This document shows, piece after piece, positions 1 through 26,673 of a stretch of DNA of 64,000 bases; positions within the stretch are counted from its first letter, which is position 1; the number at the start of each line of letters is the position of its first letter. The notes beneath the pieces were generated by a model that saw only the letters and a list, made by a program, of their open reading frames with translations, did not search any database and had not been told where the DNA came from. A program made the position numbers and the translations under genes. The stretch is from the NCBI GenBank assembly GCA_036172245.1, contig JAYWIR010000018.1, forward strand, positions 558,001 to 622,000, written 5' to 3'. Source of the DNA: Raillietiella orientalis (Eukaryota).

Positions 1-3000
1 CTTACAACTCGAGGTACGCATCTACCCTGCCAGTAGCCTTGGACACGGAAAAATAAGAAAAGAGAGAGAGAGAGAAAAAGGAAAGTTGTTGGCTTTCGCG
101 AATTTCGACCGCCAGCTCTGCTGTTAAATCACTCGCAAGGGCTTCGAAACATTCGAATGCCGCATGTCGCAGATCTGCCGTCTCCAACGACGCCCATCTT
201 CTCACTTCTTCCTTTCTCTCGTTGATCTCACGTGTTTCGACCGCGCCGACGAGGACCTGTCCATTGCTAGGCTCCTACGGAGGCATGGAGCACGCGCGCG
301 CAGGTGAAAGCACCCGAGAAAAATTTGGTTGCCGATCTTTCTCAAGGATTAATGGCTCGGGGAGGCGAAGAGCGTCGAGCGACACCTGAGCGAGAGACCC
401 TTTCCTCCCAAGATGCCGCCTCGCCTTCTGCAGAGGAGACTGACTCAGTTCCATTCACGTGGCGGATCACCCTGGAGCCTCTTCCGCGAAACGCGGACGC
501 GAATTCTCTTTAGGCCTCTCAGCGAATTCCGTGGTGCAGATTCCTCCGGCTCAGGTGATGATGGATGAGCATTCTCCGCGGCACAGAGTCTGCGCCAAAG
601 CCACGCTACTGTGACGAAGTGAATCTGTGCATGTGCACAGCGAGGGCTTCTCGCGACCAGAAATCCCGAGATTTCTTGTTGAGGCGGGAAACTTCAGCCC
701 GATTGTCTTACGCCGTTTCAACACACGAGCACGCGTAACATACACGCATCACTTTTGCCCTTCGGTTGCCGGGGGATTTTTCAGCGGTGGCGGCAAGAAT
801 TTTTTTTGACCTCCTTGACTCTCAGCTCCGGAAGTCCTTCGCCATCGCCGGCTCAGCAGTGCAGTTGGACCTGAGGTTACTTTTCCGGAGCGACGAAGAG
901 CCCGGCAACACCTCAGGAAAAGCACACTTGTGCTCGCAGAGGGGCGGAGGCCCCTTGAACCTTCCTCGGGTCCCTCCCCACCCAGTTCCCTTATTCCCTC
1001 GCCTCTCCCGCTTAGGAAACCCCTCTGCGCACCAGTGGTTTCCTCCTTTCCAACCTCAGCTTCATTTTCTTCTTGCACCCCGTACCTCCTACATCCCTCC
1101 CCCAAGCTTTTGAAAACGGAAAACCTTTTCTCAGAGCAGATCATGTACCATGAAAATACGTCACGCTACAACCAAACGACAGTAGAACCAATGCTCCACT
1201 ATGCATGGAGAGCGCGGTTCGTAGTCCAAGCAGGAAGTCCAGAGATGCTGCACAACAGAGATAGGAATGTGATGCTTCTTACAAGTGTGCAGATTGCAAC
1301 TAATTTCCCATTTCTGAGTAAGGAAGGGGGAGGGAAGGAGGGCAGCATGCACGCACGCGCGGATGCATGCACGCGTGCACACACGTCAGGTGATCAAACC
1401 TTCAGATCGATAGTGGAATCATGAGCGTAACGCAGCCTCCCGCCAGAACCCAGCAAGGAACTGTAGTCGCCGCTGCCACGAATGACGAAGTTGCTTAGGA
1501 ACCATGAAGCGCAATGAGGCTCTCTCAGATTTGCAAGTGAAAAGGAGAGGCCGGCGAAGGAACAAGGTGGAACCGTCACTCAGGCAGCGATTTTCACGAA
1601 GCCAAACATCTCTGGCGGCGATCACATCCCTGATGCCCTTTTCGGGACGCATTTTCTGTAACCCATCAACCACAGGAGCTCGAAGAGAGGAGTGCTGAAG
1701 CGAATTTATTCGATTTTCCATGGAGCGACCACTTCGACGTCTTCCTTTGCCACATGGTGTGCAACCTCTGGGAATGAGAACACAGAAACATGGAGCTCGA
1801 AGGAGGCAGAGCATCTTCGAGTTACACTTCACGCTCTGGGGGAAGCCTCAGTGAACGCGGACCACAGTCCGAGAGATGAATCTCTTGAGGAGACTGCCGT
1901 TTCGAACGTCTCATGCGCGCCTCCGCCCACGGCACTAGAAAAATGCAGGACAGAAGAGGAAGAGCGAGGATCGTGGAGGCAAAGGGCTGTTTGCTTTGCC
2001 TTGAAGGGAGTGGGAGTCATCCCGGCAACCGTAAAGACAATTGTTGTGCGATTCCAGAGGTTAATGGGGATCCTATGAAAGGTGATGGAGGGTCTCGAGG
2101 AAGTAACCGAGCGACCTCAGATAGGAGACGATTTCTCCGCACAACCATCCCACACTCTAGAGACAGTTACCGGAGGCCCAGGACGGGTCATCATCCGAAC
2201 TGGAACCATTCTGCCAGAAGATGAGCCTACCAGAAGAACGGAGGGTCAGCTACTCGCAGCACCCTGATGTACAGAATGGCCATACCCTAGGGAGACGGTG
2301 GAAGTCACCCAATCGCTTGTTTGCTTTTGCCATCGGCATGAATTGTGGAAAACAAATTGGATAAACGTTCAAAATCGATGCGCCAGCCAGCCCACTCTGT
2401 CCACGTTTTCGTTTCCACACCCATGCAGTAATGCGCTGCGTCCCTCTGATATCCCATCAGGAAAAGAAGATGGGTTAGTACTTAGCCGCAAGTTTGCACA
2501 CTCTATGGAAGGGAGTGATCTTTTAAGTGCAAATTAAGTTTAATCTGCGTGCAGGAACTCCAGAATAACCTTCAATGTACATTTTCACAGACGGATGGCA
2601 ATGCTTTCCTCGCCTGATCGAAATTCCAATGTGTCTCCCTCCCGGGGAGCTGATCCCACCCTAGCACGGACTCCGAAGCACAAAAAAGCACAAAAGAAAG
2701 AGATTCCCCTATCGTTTCGTTTCATTCGATCGTCTGGACACGCGTATGCCTACGCCCGAACGAAATGCAGCCTCCTTCCATCAGCAGCACGAGCAGCAGC
2801 AGCAGCAGGTTTGGGCAGCTCGGAACTTTCGCAAGTTTCCGTGCCTTGCGCTGTTGGGAAACACAACGAAATCTTCCCGAGGGAGGAAAACCGGCATCAA
2901 GGTAGTCTGCAGCGAAGACCTGCTACGTTCCAAGACGTGCACGCGTGGGAGTTTTCTTGTACCGTGCACCTCGTGCAGCCTGCCTGACCGTCTCCGATCA

Positions 3001-3433
3001 GATGTTTCGTTGTGCTTCACCCTTCCACGATGGCGAGGAGTCACAAGTCCGTGACGTTTCTCCGCGCTGGATAAGGTCAGCTCACGTCAGCAGATTCCAA
3101 GAATGAGAACACATGTTCTTGAGGACGTGGTTTCGTGGGGACAGCGGGACACCTCTAAACGAGAGCGATCATGAAGGACCACACGGGCGTCTAAACAATC
3201 AGCAAGCGACCTCCCTAACATCACCTCGGCGATGTTCCTCCCAGCTTATCAAGTGGATGGGTTTTTGCCTTATGAAGGTGCTGCCTGGCAGGTTGATCTG
3301 TTTCAGGCTCGCTCATCCCTTAGCTCCCAAGTTCGGTTCACAGTGATTAGCAGCGTCGCAGACGTCAAGTAGGCTTCCGTCAACATGGTCAACGTGCGTC
3401 ATGAGCCACCCGCTCCGTTGCCGAATGTGTTTT

Positions 3434-3590
3434 GTTCGTGCACCAGACTCGCAACAAAGATTCGCGATGGTTGCCCCGGCAGCAGCATGCCATGATTACT
3501 CTGCGCGGCCATCACGATGATATTTTTTGCATTTCTGCTCCTGGTACCAATGGAAGGTTAAGCAGAAGCAGATTCCCAGCTCCCTCGCAG
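3434..3590 (+). repeat. ~160-bp repeat, inverted relative to 8050-8212
   Basis: Shared GGTTGCCCCGGCAGC..TGCCATGAT.AC.CTGCGCGGCCATC...TGGTACC.ATGG; moderately diverged. Confidence 0.8.
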
Positions 3591-4599
3591 AGGACTTTCA
3601 CATCAGCCGCACCGGTACGTGGCGGCGGCTGATGTGAAAGTCAGTCCCCCAGGGAGAAAAAGTCCCCACACACAGAGACAACGACACGCAAACACAAAGA
3701 CTGCAACTATCGCCGTCTCTTTCCTTCGGACCTTGGATAACAGTGGCAGCGGCATTTTTTTCCTCTTTAGAGGTGACTGACTACGACGCGTCGACACCAC
3801 TTCCCGGGTGATGTCCTAGCCGCATTCGCTGTGGCTGCCTAGCCTCCAACGCGGCGCTCGCTACCCGTAAGGTAAAACCGGAACGCCCCTACCGTACAGT
3901 GGAGGAGAGATAAAGAGGAGAGAATGTGTGAGAAGGAGAAAGGGGGGAGGGAAGATGCGTCTTGCACTGCAGGGTTTCCGAGCTCAAGTTTCCAGGCTTT
4001 TCATAAAGAACGGATTGGACTCCGCCGATTGCTCTCGAACGCGCACCTAAGCGCCGCCGCGCAACACGTACGCGCGCTTCAGTCCAGCGAGGGCGCTGCG
4101 CTTCCTCGCAACAACGGCGACAGCGGGTCTTGGGTTCCACGGCTTTCCTGCCACCCGCAAGGGTCTCTTGGACGACAGTCTGAGAAACCTGCGCGCAGCT
4201 CTCTTTTTTTTTGGTTCTTCGTCTTCGTATTCCCGCTGGTAGGTGAAGAAGGCGAGGGAGGGAAGGCGGCGCGATCCACGGGGAAGGAGGATACGGGGAG
4301 AGAGATTGGGCGAAGGAAGGAAGGTGACAAGGACCCTTCTTTCCTTGCGTGGGGTATTGCGCGCATTCCCCGGCGGCGGTTCCTGCCGCTCTTGCTAGTG
4401 GGTTCCCCTCCTCCTTCGGAAAGAAAGCCACTTGTACCAACGGGTTTCAGGCGGCCATCCAGTGGCTCACTCTCCTATTCCTGTTCCCTCCATCCCGAGC
4501 TCGAAGCGATTTTACCTGGTGGATCCCGCAAGGCGACGCGGAATGGGTACTTCCGTAGACGGGAATGCGAAACGCGCCGCGCCGGCATGCCTCCCGTAG

Positions 4600-5332
4600 C
4601 GGATGAGAGGAACCTCCCTGCAAGATGCGAGAGCTGATGCTCCGCCAGCTGGCGTCGCCGCCAAGAAGAGGGAGAGGGAGGAGGTGTTTCTTCTCCTCCT
4701 CCTCTGAGCGATCACCTGGGCTGCTCCCGTTTCCGGGGCGACTCCACTGCAGTCGAAAAGGCTTCTCCACCGGCCAGGAGGAGACCACAATACGCAGGTC
4801 TATCTCTCTCCTCGGGGGATGCGAGGAGGAGCGAGTGGAAGGGGCGGAGAAAGGTTGCTACGGAAAAGTCCCGGGAATCCTGGGGAGGGTGCGTTTTCTC
4901 CGGAAGAGTGAGTGCGTGGTGGCAAAAGGAAGACGCGGGCAGGTCGACGGGGGAGCGAGGAAGGACGTGCGGATGACGCGAAAGTCCGAGAGAGCCCGCG
5001 CGGCGGCGGCGGCAGTGACCAAAGCGGAGAGACTTCGCCCTTTCCTCGTCCGGCGTCTCGGGAGGCGACGCGCGCGCTGCCGCCGCCGCCGCTGTCTCCC
5101 GGGCCGGCTTGATTGATTGAGGCGGCGGGGACGGGAAGCTGGGGAATGCGGCGATTCCCGCGTCGGCGCTTCCTGGAGGCAAGCGACGGCGGCTTCCCTC
5201 CTTTTGTCCTTCCCCCCTCCTCCCCCCGCTTCCTCGATCTTTCCAGGGTACTTTCAGCCGATCCCGTCAGCTGCGCGGCAGCTCTTGCCAGGGGCTACCG
5301 GGAGGAAACGGAGGAAAGCCCTTTGACAGGGG

Positions 5333-5366
<34 letters not shown>

Positions 5367-7550
5367 AACTCCCCCCCCCCCAATCTTCCTCCCATCCCCT
5401 TCTTTTACGATTTCACCCCCTCCCCCCTCCATCTTCTTCCTAGGAAAGCAGGAGCTGGCGTTCCCGCAATGTCGGCGGCCTTTCTGGGCCGGCGGGTGGA
5501 CGCGCCGGAGATGGACGTTCCCTCGAACGCGGACCCCGGCGACGGACGGAGTCGGTCGCGTCGCCTTCCGGTCGAGCGAGCACGCGACAGCTCATGCGGG
5601 GGAGCAGAGAGAGGGAGAGAGAGAAAAGGAGAGAAAGAAGGTGGGGGAGGGCGTGGGTGGGGGAAAGGAGGGGCTAGAACCCACCCGTCCGCTGCGGAAA
5701 CACATGGAGGAGCAGGGTCAAGCGACGGTCTGCGGAGGGAGGGGAGGGAGGGAGGAGGAGGAGGAGGAGGAGTAGGGAGGGAATGAAGTCTCGTCTCCGA
5801 CCCGATGGAGAGGGAAGGACGAGAGGCTTCGGAGACGGCGGCAGTTCCCTCCTCCCCCTTCCCTCTTCTGAATTCCCCCGCGCGGCGGCGAGTCATGTCG
5901 AAAGACCACGCTCTGGAGGGGGGAGGGCGGGGGGGGAGGAGGGGAAGGAGAAGGCGGACCGTACACGTGCGAGTGAGCGCCCCCGTGCGTCTTCCGCGAC
6001 GCGTAACGAGGGGGCGGAGGTTAGCGGGGGAGGTACAGGTTCGTTCGTCCGCCTTCTACCTTCCTCCGGGTGCGCGCGTGCGCCCGCCGGCGGCTTTCGC
6101 GCCGATTTGCGTCTCGACTTGCCGCGTTGCGGGTCGGCCTGCTGCGTCCGCCGCCGCCGCCGCCGCCGCCGCGCGTTTTTCCGCATGAATGAGGGGAGAG
6201 GGGGAGGGCGGAGGTCCCCAAAGGTAAACCCGCGGCGGCGGGCTGCGTAGTTCAACAATGACTTCCCGCTCGAGGCGCCGCCGCCACCTATGTCCTTGGG
6301 TCGGCGGATACGCCGCCAGCAGTCGTGCCGGGCGTGCAAACTCCGTCATCGCGCGGGGCGACGAGAGCAAACGCGGCCGCCGCAGGAAGCACGAAGGGGA
6401 GGGAAGGCGATTGTTCGCCGTCTCCGCCGCTGCCGTTGCGTAGGTGATAGGGAGGAGAGAGAGAGAGGGAAAAACGCGCCTTCCCTTCTTGCGAAAATCG
6501 GCTTCCCGTCGGAAGTCCCGTCGCCCGGTGTCGCAAGCGGACGCTCTCCCTCTCTCCCTCGCATGGCAAACGTCGGATGTCCGAAGTGGATGCCGACGTC
6601 CACGTCGTCGTGCGCTCTTGGCGGCGGCGGTGGTGGTCCTGTTTTTCGTCTACGGAGCGCGCGCGCGCCGGCTTGCGTGTAATGTATCCGCCTGGTCCGC
6701 GCAAGTTGCGGGCACCTGTTGCACGCGCGCGCGCAAACGCACGGGAAGGGGGCGGGGGAGGGGGGGGGGACGCAGCGCCTCTCCTGCCTGCGGTCGGGTG
6801 CCATCGGCGCGGCAAGCACGCTGCCTCCATTGAGGGAAACGAGCTGCTGCAGAGGCGCTGCTCTCCTCCGCCAGAGCACCCGAGAGCGATGCAGTGCCTC
6901 CGCTTGCCTGCCTCCCTGGAGGCCGTCGAAGGAAGCTCTCTCCCTGGAGACGGAGTGCGCGCGCGCGACCGGAGGATTATCGATCCTTCCGTGGTACCGC
7001 GCGCTCGTTCGTGCGCGAACGCAGAGATCTGCCTCCTTGCAGGGATGCGGCTCGCTCGCGGCTGCTTCCTCTTCCCTTGCTGCCTTAGGACTTGCTTCCT
7101 CCCCCCCTGCGATTCGAAAGAGCAAGCGGCTACTAGGAGACAGCTCAGCGGAACGGAAAGCTCCAAGAGTTGGAAAGCGGGGGGGGGGGGGGGGAGCAGG
7201 GAGAAGTGGCTGGAAGCGCCTTCTCGTTCGGCCGGGGCAATGCCAGAGGAAAGATTGCGAGCACCGAGCCAGGCTTGCCCCTTTCTGCTTCGGAGGTTTT
7301 TTCTTTCACGGTGGAAGCCAGGCGGGTGAGCGGAGGAGGAGGAGGAGGAGAGGCTCATTCTTAGCGGCATCTCCGCGACATGCTTTGCCGCCAGAGGAGA
7401 TTCGTGGATCCGTCGGCGCACGCGCGAAGGAGGTGGGAGAGAGGCGGGGGGAGGGGGGGGGGGAAGCGTCTGCTCCACGCCATCGTAGGTGCGTGTTTCC
7501 AAAGCATCGCACTCCACCGCCCTTCAACGAAAAGTGACTGGCGTTCCCAG
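4600..7550. other. Very GC/CpG-rich low-complexity island with G-tracts, (GCC)n, (GGA)n and a long poly-A
   Basis: Dense CpG; (GCC)n at ~6148-6172, (GGA)n at ~5751-5772, poly-A at 5333-5360, G-runs at 5917-5944, 6742-6769 and 7179-7195. Confidence 0.7.
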
Positions 7551-8049
7551 GTCGACGGGTAGAAAACACACACAAAACGTGTGTGTCTGAGAGCACAGGC
7601 GACGAGATGGAGGTGGAAGCTGACGGGCGAACAAGAAGGAAAGGACAGCCCAACGGCGAGGGCCAGGGAGCAGGGCCCTTTCGTTCGTGCTCCCGCTGGC
7701 GAACAGAGGGCCGCCGTTCGGCGATGGTGATCTGACTATGCATTCTTGACAAGGGCGACCACTTGACGTCCGCCTGTGACGTATGAAGCGGCTTTCTTTT
7801 CCTTGTGCGATCTCCCCGCTTCTCCGCCATGAAGGGTCATTAACGGATTATCATTCGTCACTCTTTCCGACCCGACGGGCCCGCTGAACCACGCGGACGC
7901 AAAGCACAGGCTCACCTCGAATTCTAATCAGCTACGGATGTGACTGATCCGTCGGCCTCTCCCGATCGGTCGCCTGGAGGGATTTCTCGAAATCTTGGGT
8001 CACGGAGTACAAGAATTCTGATGCGGCGCGCCTCTCAGGGATGCGCTCG

Positions 8050-8212
8050 AGAGGGAGCCGGGAACCCGCTCCTGATTGATCTCCCATCGGTACCATGAGA
8101 GCAGGAATGCGGGAAAAAAAGGACAAAACCGTCGCGATGGCCGCGCAGGGTGATCATGGCACGCTGCCGGGGCAACCGTCGCGAGTCATTGTTACGCGCC
8201 CGGCGCACGAAC
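8050..8212 (-). repeat. ~160-bp repeat, inverted partner of 3434-3590
   Basis: Reverse-complement alignment by eye; the ORF track also shows parallel translations (LPRQ..AMITLRGH). Confidence 0.8.
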
Positions 8213-9399
8213 GAACGCCGAGCGACGTGTGCACAGTGCAAACAATGGCGGCGACATTTCAGGGTTTACGAGTGTTTTTTGTTTGCGTTTCTGGAACTGG
8301 TGGTCTCAGGTTCCCTCGAAGCCAAGACTGGGCATATAGCGGGATCCAGAGCAAACAAGCGATAAAAAAAAAAAAAAAGAAGAAAAAAGAATGCAAAACA
8401 ACAGGAAGCGCAACGTTGTGTGATGCCAGCTGGTATCAATCTGCCATCGCGTGATTGCATCGTCGTGCGGCACCGCGCGCTCCGTGTCGAGGAGGAAGCT
8501 CCTCTGGTCCAGCGTACCAGGTTCGCACACACGCTGGCTGTCTTTGCTGTCTGCCTGTAGGAACTCTGTGGAACTTGGTGCGTTGCCTAGCGAAACGCAC
8601 GCGAGATGATGCTGGGGACAAGAAAAGTTCACACCGTCAGCGTTCCCAGGTGGTGTGTGGATGATTCCGTATGGTCGCCCGGCGTGCGCGGTTTTCGCGG
8701 CCAGTGCGCCTCTGATGCTGGCGGACATCCCTCCAATTTCTTTGCTGGTGAGCAAGAAGCGGTCGGATGCCGTCGGATGGAATCTGGAGCGCATCCCAAA
8801 CGCGTAACTCCGCCAGCGAGACTCTGAGGAAGTCCTTGTCTGCTCCAATAGCACGCCGTCGGAAGGCGTTTAGACTGCAGGCGGAGACAGAAGACGGACA
8901 AAAGGGGCCACTTTGGGACTGAAGACGAGGAGAGGAGGAAGGATTTGTTTTTGTTTTTTCAATTTACATTTATTTTTTTATGATGCATTCCTGTTTTCCA
9001 TCGTTGGGCTTTATCTCGACGCCGTCTTCTGCGATCCACCGCCTCGTATGAATGAAGGTGACCTTGCGTGTTGCAGGAGACGACTCTGCCCTTTCAGCGA
9101 GCCGCCCCTTTGTGGAAATCACCGTCCGAGAGAACTGAAACGTGCAAAAAAAAAAAAAGAAAAAAAGAAAAAAAAGAAAGGGGAACAACGGGCACAAGGC
9201 ATCGCTGGATGATGCGGCGTTGGTGCAGGGCAATGCTATGCTCTGTCGACGACCCCGAGCACGCTTTCTGCGCTTCCCCTCGCGCGTCCCTTCTAGGTTC
9301 CCCGTAGACAGGAACTCCTCAGCTACGAGCGGCGCGGGCGGGGAAAAGAGGCTGACTAGATGGAAGCGCGAGGGGCACAACGAGAAAGTAGCCTCCGTC

Positions 9400-11400
9400 G
9401 CCCACGGGACCAGGGCCTATTGAGGTTCCGAACTAGATCGTCTCGCGACCCGTGGTTCCCGTGGGAGGCGGAGGAAAGGGAAGAGGGAAATGGGCGCAGG
9501 GTTCCATCTGTCCCCGAGATCAGGCGGTAACCAGGTAACCGCGGAAAAGCTAACTGACCCACACTTCTGGGGAGGAGAAAAATACGGCTGGCCGCCCGAA
9601 GGTGGGATCAAAAAAAGGCGAGTCGCGTTTGCCCTTCTGCATGGGGGAGAGGAGAAGAAAACCTGGTACGGGACCTGTCCGGCTGGAGAGATTGCGAGGA
9701 ACCCTACGAGGGCTCCAGGCAACAGGAAACAGGATTGCCCCCAGCGGGTGCTTCGCGCGCACCGTCGTCTCCGGCAGCGCCCACCTTCACAGACGGTTGG
9801 TCGTGGCAAGGCGCCACGCCGAAATGAATAGCTGCCGCCGGCTCCTCGGTCCCCGGAGGAGTATGTCTCGTCACGTGGCACCTTTTATGCATTTCTTCCT
9901 GCTCGTTTTCGTCGCCCTTGCTTCCCGAAGACGCTCCCTGTGCATCTGGATGCCGCCGCTTGAACGGGCGGGAAGCTCAGCCGCCTGCTGCCGAGGGGAA
10001 GGAAGTTTAGGGAGATAGGAAGAAGGCCAAGGGTCACTCCTCGTCCTCGTCCGGTGAGCAAGAACGTTCCGAGCCGCGCCCTCCGGGCGCCTCTCCACAG
10101 TGTGTCTATTCGGCATCCTTACGCTAGACTAACGCCTCAGGGCAGAATGTCCCTATGCGCCTTGACCCGGAAGCGGCGAGTTTGCGGAAAGTTGCTGCGA
10201 GCGCCGACTAGCGAGGGAGATGCGCGGCCAGGAGGAGGGGGAGCGGGACGCCCTTCACCAACACGAGGCCCTGGGGGAAGGTGGGATCCTAAGGAGTAGG
10301 CCGGTGGTGAAAAGTGGTGACAGGCGCCTCCTGGAACGAGATGCGGTATTTCTCCCTGAACTCACTCGCCCCTTTCCGGAAAGGTGAAGGGGCCTTCGAT
10401 CCCGAAGGGGAGACATCGGCCCTTTCCAGCCTTCCCGAGATGTTCCTCTGATAGCCTTATAAGCGGCAGCTGTCGGGTGCAACGCCAAGACAGGACGGCC
10501 CGCCCTCCAAGCTCCGCTCACCCTCGAGAGCTTCTGGTCCGTCTCTGGAGCGCCGGAGGAGTCCTGGCGTCCGTTTTCCCAGTGCTTTTTCTCCGGTGAA
10601 CTGGCGACGTCCCGCTCACGGTGCATCCCAAAGGGAGGGGTAACAAAAGGAATGCTGGGAGGCAACGCTCGCTTCCCCATCCTCGTGCCAACGAGAGCAG
10701 GTGGCTCCCATAACCCCCTCCCTAGGGAAGGTGGCACTGCGTGATCTTGGAGGCAGCGCTGTTGAGCTTCCCGTTCCTGATGCCTCCCCTTCCGGGGTGC
10801 TACCAGCGCAGCTCCTCCTCCCGCCTTCGCTCCCATCGGTCCTGTTGCCCCGCCCCGCAGTTCTCGTGATTTCTCGACCCCACCCACCTCTGCGCGCCCT
10901 TCCCCGGAGGGCGTTCCCGACCATCCGCTATTTTAAGAATGCCTAGCCGTGTATCTGTGGAACTGTCCAGAGTTGCCCCGCACGCCTTCCCGGATACACC
11001 TCCCTGGAGCGCCACCCGCCTGAGGTTCGAGATCCGGATCCTCGGAGAGCGTCCCAACCTATGGCGCCGTCGCTACGCCCACTCCCCGCCCTCCCCTGGG
11101 AGGAGCGACCGCCCCACACCTCCGGGTTCGGTTTCGCTGGAGGGCGGGGAGAAAAGAGCGCTTGAGCTCTGCAGCGGGAAATCTCGGCGGCACCACCTCG
11201 TTCCCAGCGCCCAGTGCTGGATCCTCCTGGAGTCTTACCTCAACACGAGGGGAGAGTGGGATAATGCTTGGCGGTGGCAACAAGAACATAAGGATCCCAG
11301 ATAGGTCCGAAAGGAAGGGAAGGCATGCTGACGTGACACCCGAGGCAAAGGTCAGCAGGAGTAGGCGCGACTCCCGGACTGCGACTCACAGGATAGACTC
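9400..11400 (+). mobile_element. Possible heavily decayed LINE ORF2 relic
   Basis: Weak motifs in plausible order: RRVAFALL (APE-like), IPKGRHRP (RT start-like), LWRRRYAHSPP / LCSGKSRRHHLV (zinc-finger region-like). Confidence 0.3.
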
Positions 11401-12094
11401 CTTTAGGCAGTGTTGCCCATGACAGAGCGGGAGAAATATTCTTCAATGGTCTTCCTGACAAAAGGAAGCACCGAAAACGAGATACTCGCGACTGCTGAAG
11501 GTGCGTAACGCTCGGAGAGACGCCGGAGGGGTGTGTTGCCATTAAAATATCCGCCTCCGTCGCTCTCCATGCTATTCCTTCAGCCTTCGCGCCGGCCGCT
11601 TCTTCCTTCTCCCTTGGCACTCCTCTCTCTCCGAAAAATAGACGGCGGCCCATCAGCAGCCGAATTCCCTCCAAAGCAATCTGCGAAGTGATACCTTCTA
11701 TGCATGTCGCGTAGCAACCGCTGTCGTGCACCGAACCGAACCGAACGTGGGGTAACGGAGAGCTGCAGCGGCGGGTTGAGACGGCGGCAGTGGCCGAAGC
11801 GTGCAACTCCAACGAGAAGGTGCTGCCATCTCCACGCGCGCATGGGAGTTCAGACTTCCTCGTTGATTCTGCCGTCACAAGGAGTCGCGAAAGCGGTAGG
11901 AGGCCTGCGAGCCCCCTGGAGAGCTTACACGCCAGCACGCCTACTAACAACGCCAAAGACTCTCTCATTTCCCGGAACGGGAACCGCCGCCGCAACAGCA
12001 CCCTACCCCTCTCTCTGCGGGCTGGCAGGCAGCCAAAAGGAAGACGCACAGCAGCGGACGGCGCCGGACGCCTCCATGTCTTTCAACCGTTCGC

Positions 12095-12100
12095 TTTATT
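12095..12100 (-). promoter_or_regulatory. Candidate polyadenylation signal of aPKC
   Basis: AATAAA on the minus strand about 240 nt downstream of the stop codon, in otherwise GC-rich sequence. Confidence 0.5.
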
Positions 12101-12336
12101 TCTCACTGCTGCCGCAGGTTGGCACTTTGCAGGCTGGAGCGAAAATGGGGGCCGAGGAAGAAAAGATGCACATGGGAGGAAGGTGGGCCGCGTGAGTGAC
12201 ACGCATGCCTGGAAGTGGGCCAAAACGAGGGCTACGAGGAGGATGCGGGAGGATGTTTTGCCGGCCTTCTGCTGCAAGGGGCGGTGGCTGCCTCGTCTAA
12301 ACAAAGGGACCACTCCGACACTCAGAAGGCCTCCGG

Positions 12337-26673
<14,337 letters not shown>

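Noticed and set aside
1..277. Possible minus-strand exon (EPSNGQVLVGAVETREINERKEEVRRWASLETADL...)
   Set aside because: It has an acceptor and an open frame but no recognisable homology, and it is cut by the window edge.
3889..7830. Many long overlapping ORFs (up to 409 aa)
   Set aside because: Low-complexity Arg/Gly/Pro/Ala translations in all frames are expected from very high GC; no recognisable domain.
8145..8165. CCATGATCAC similarity to U1 snRNA
   Set aside because: Only about 10 nt match; no ATACTTACCTG 5' end or Sm site.
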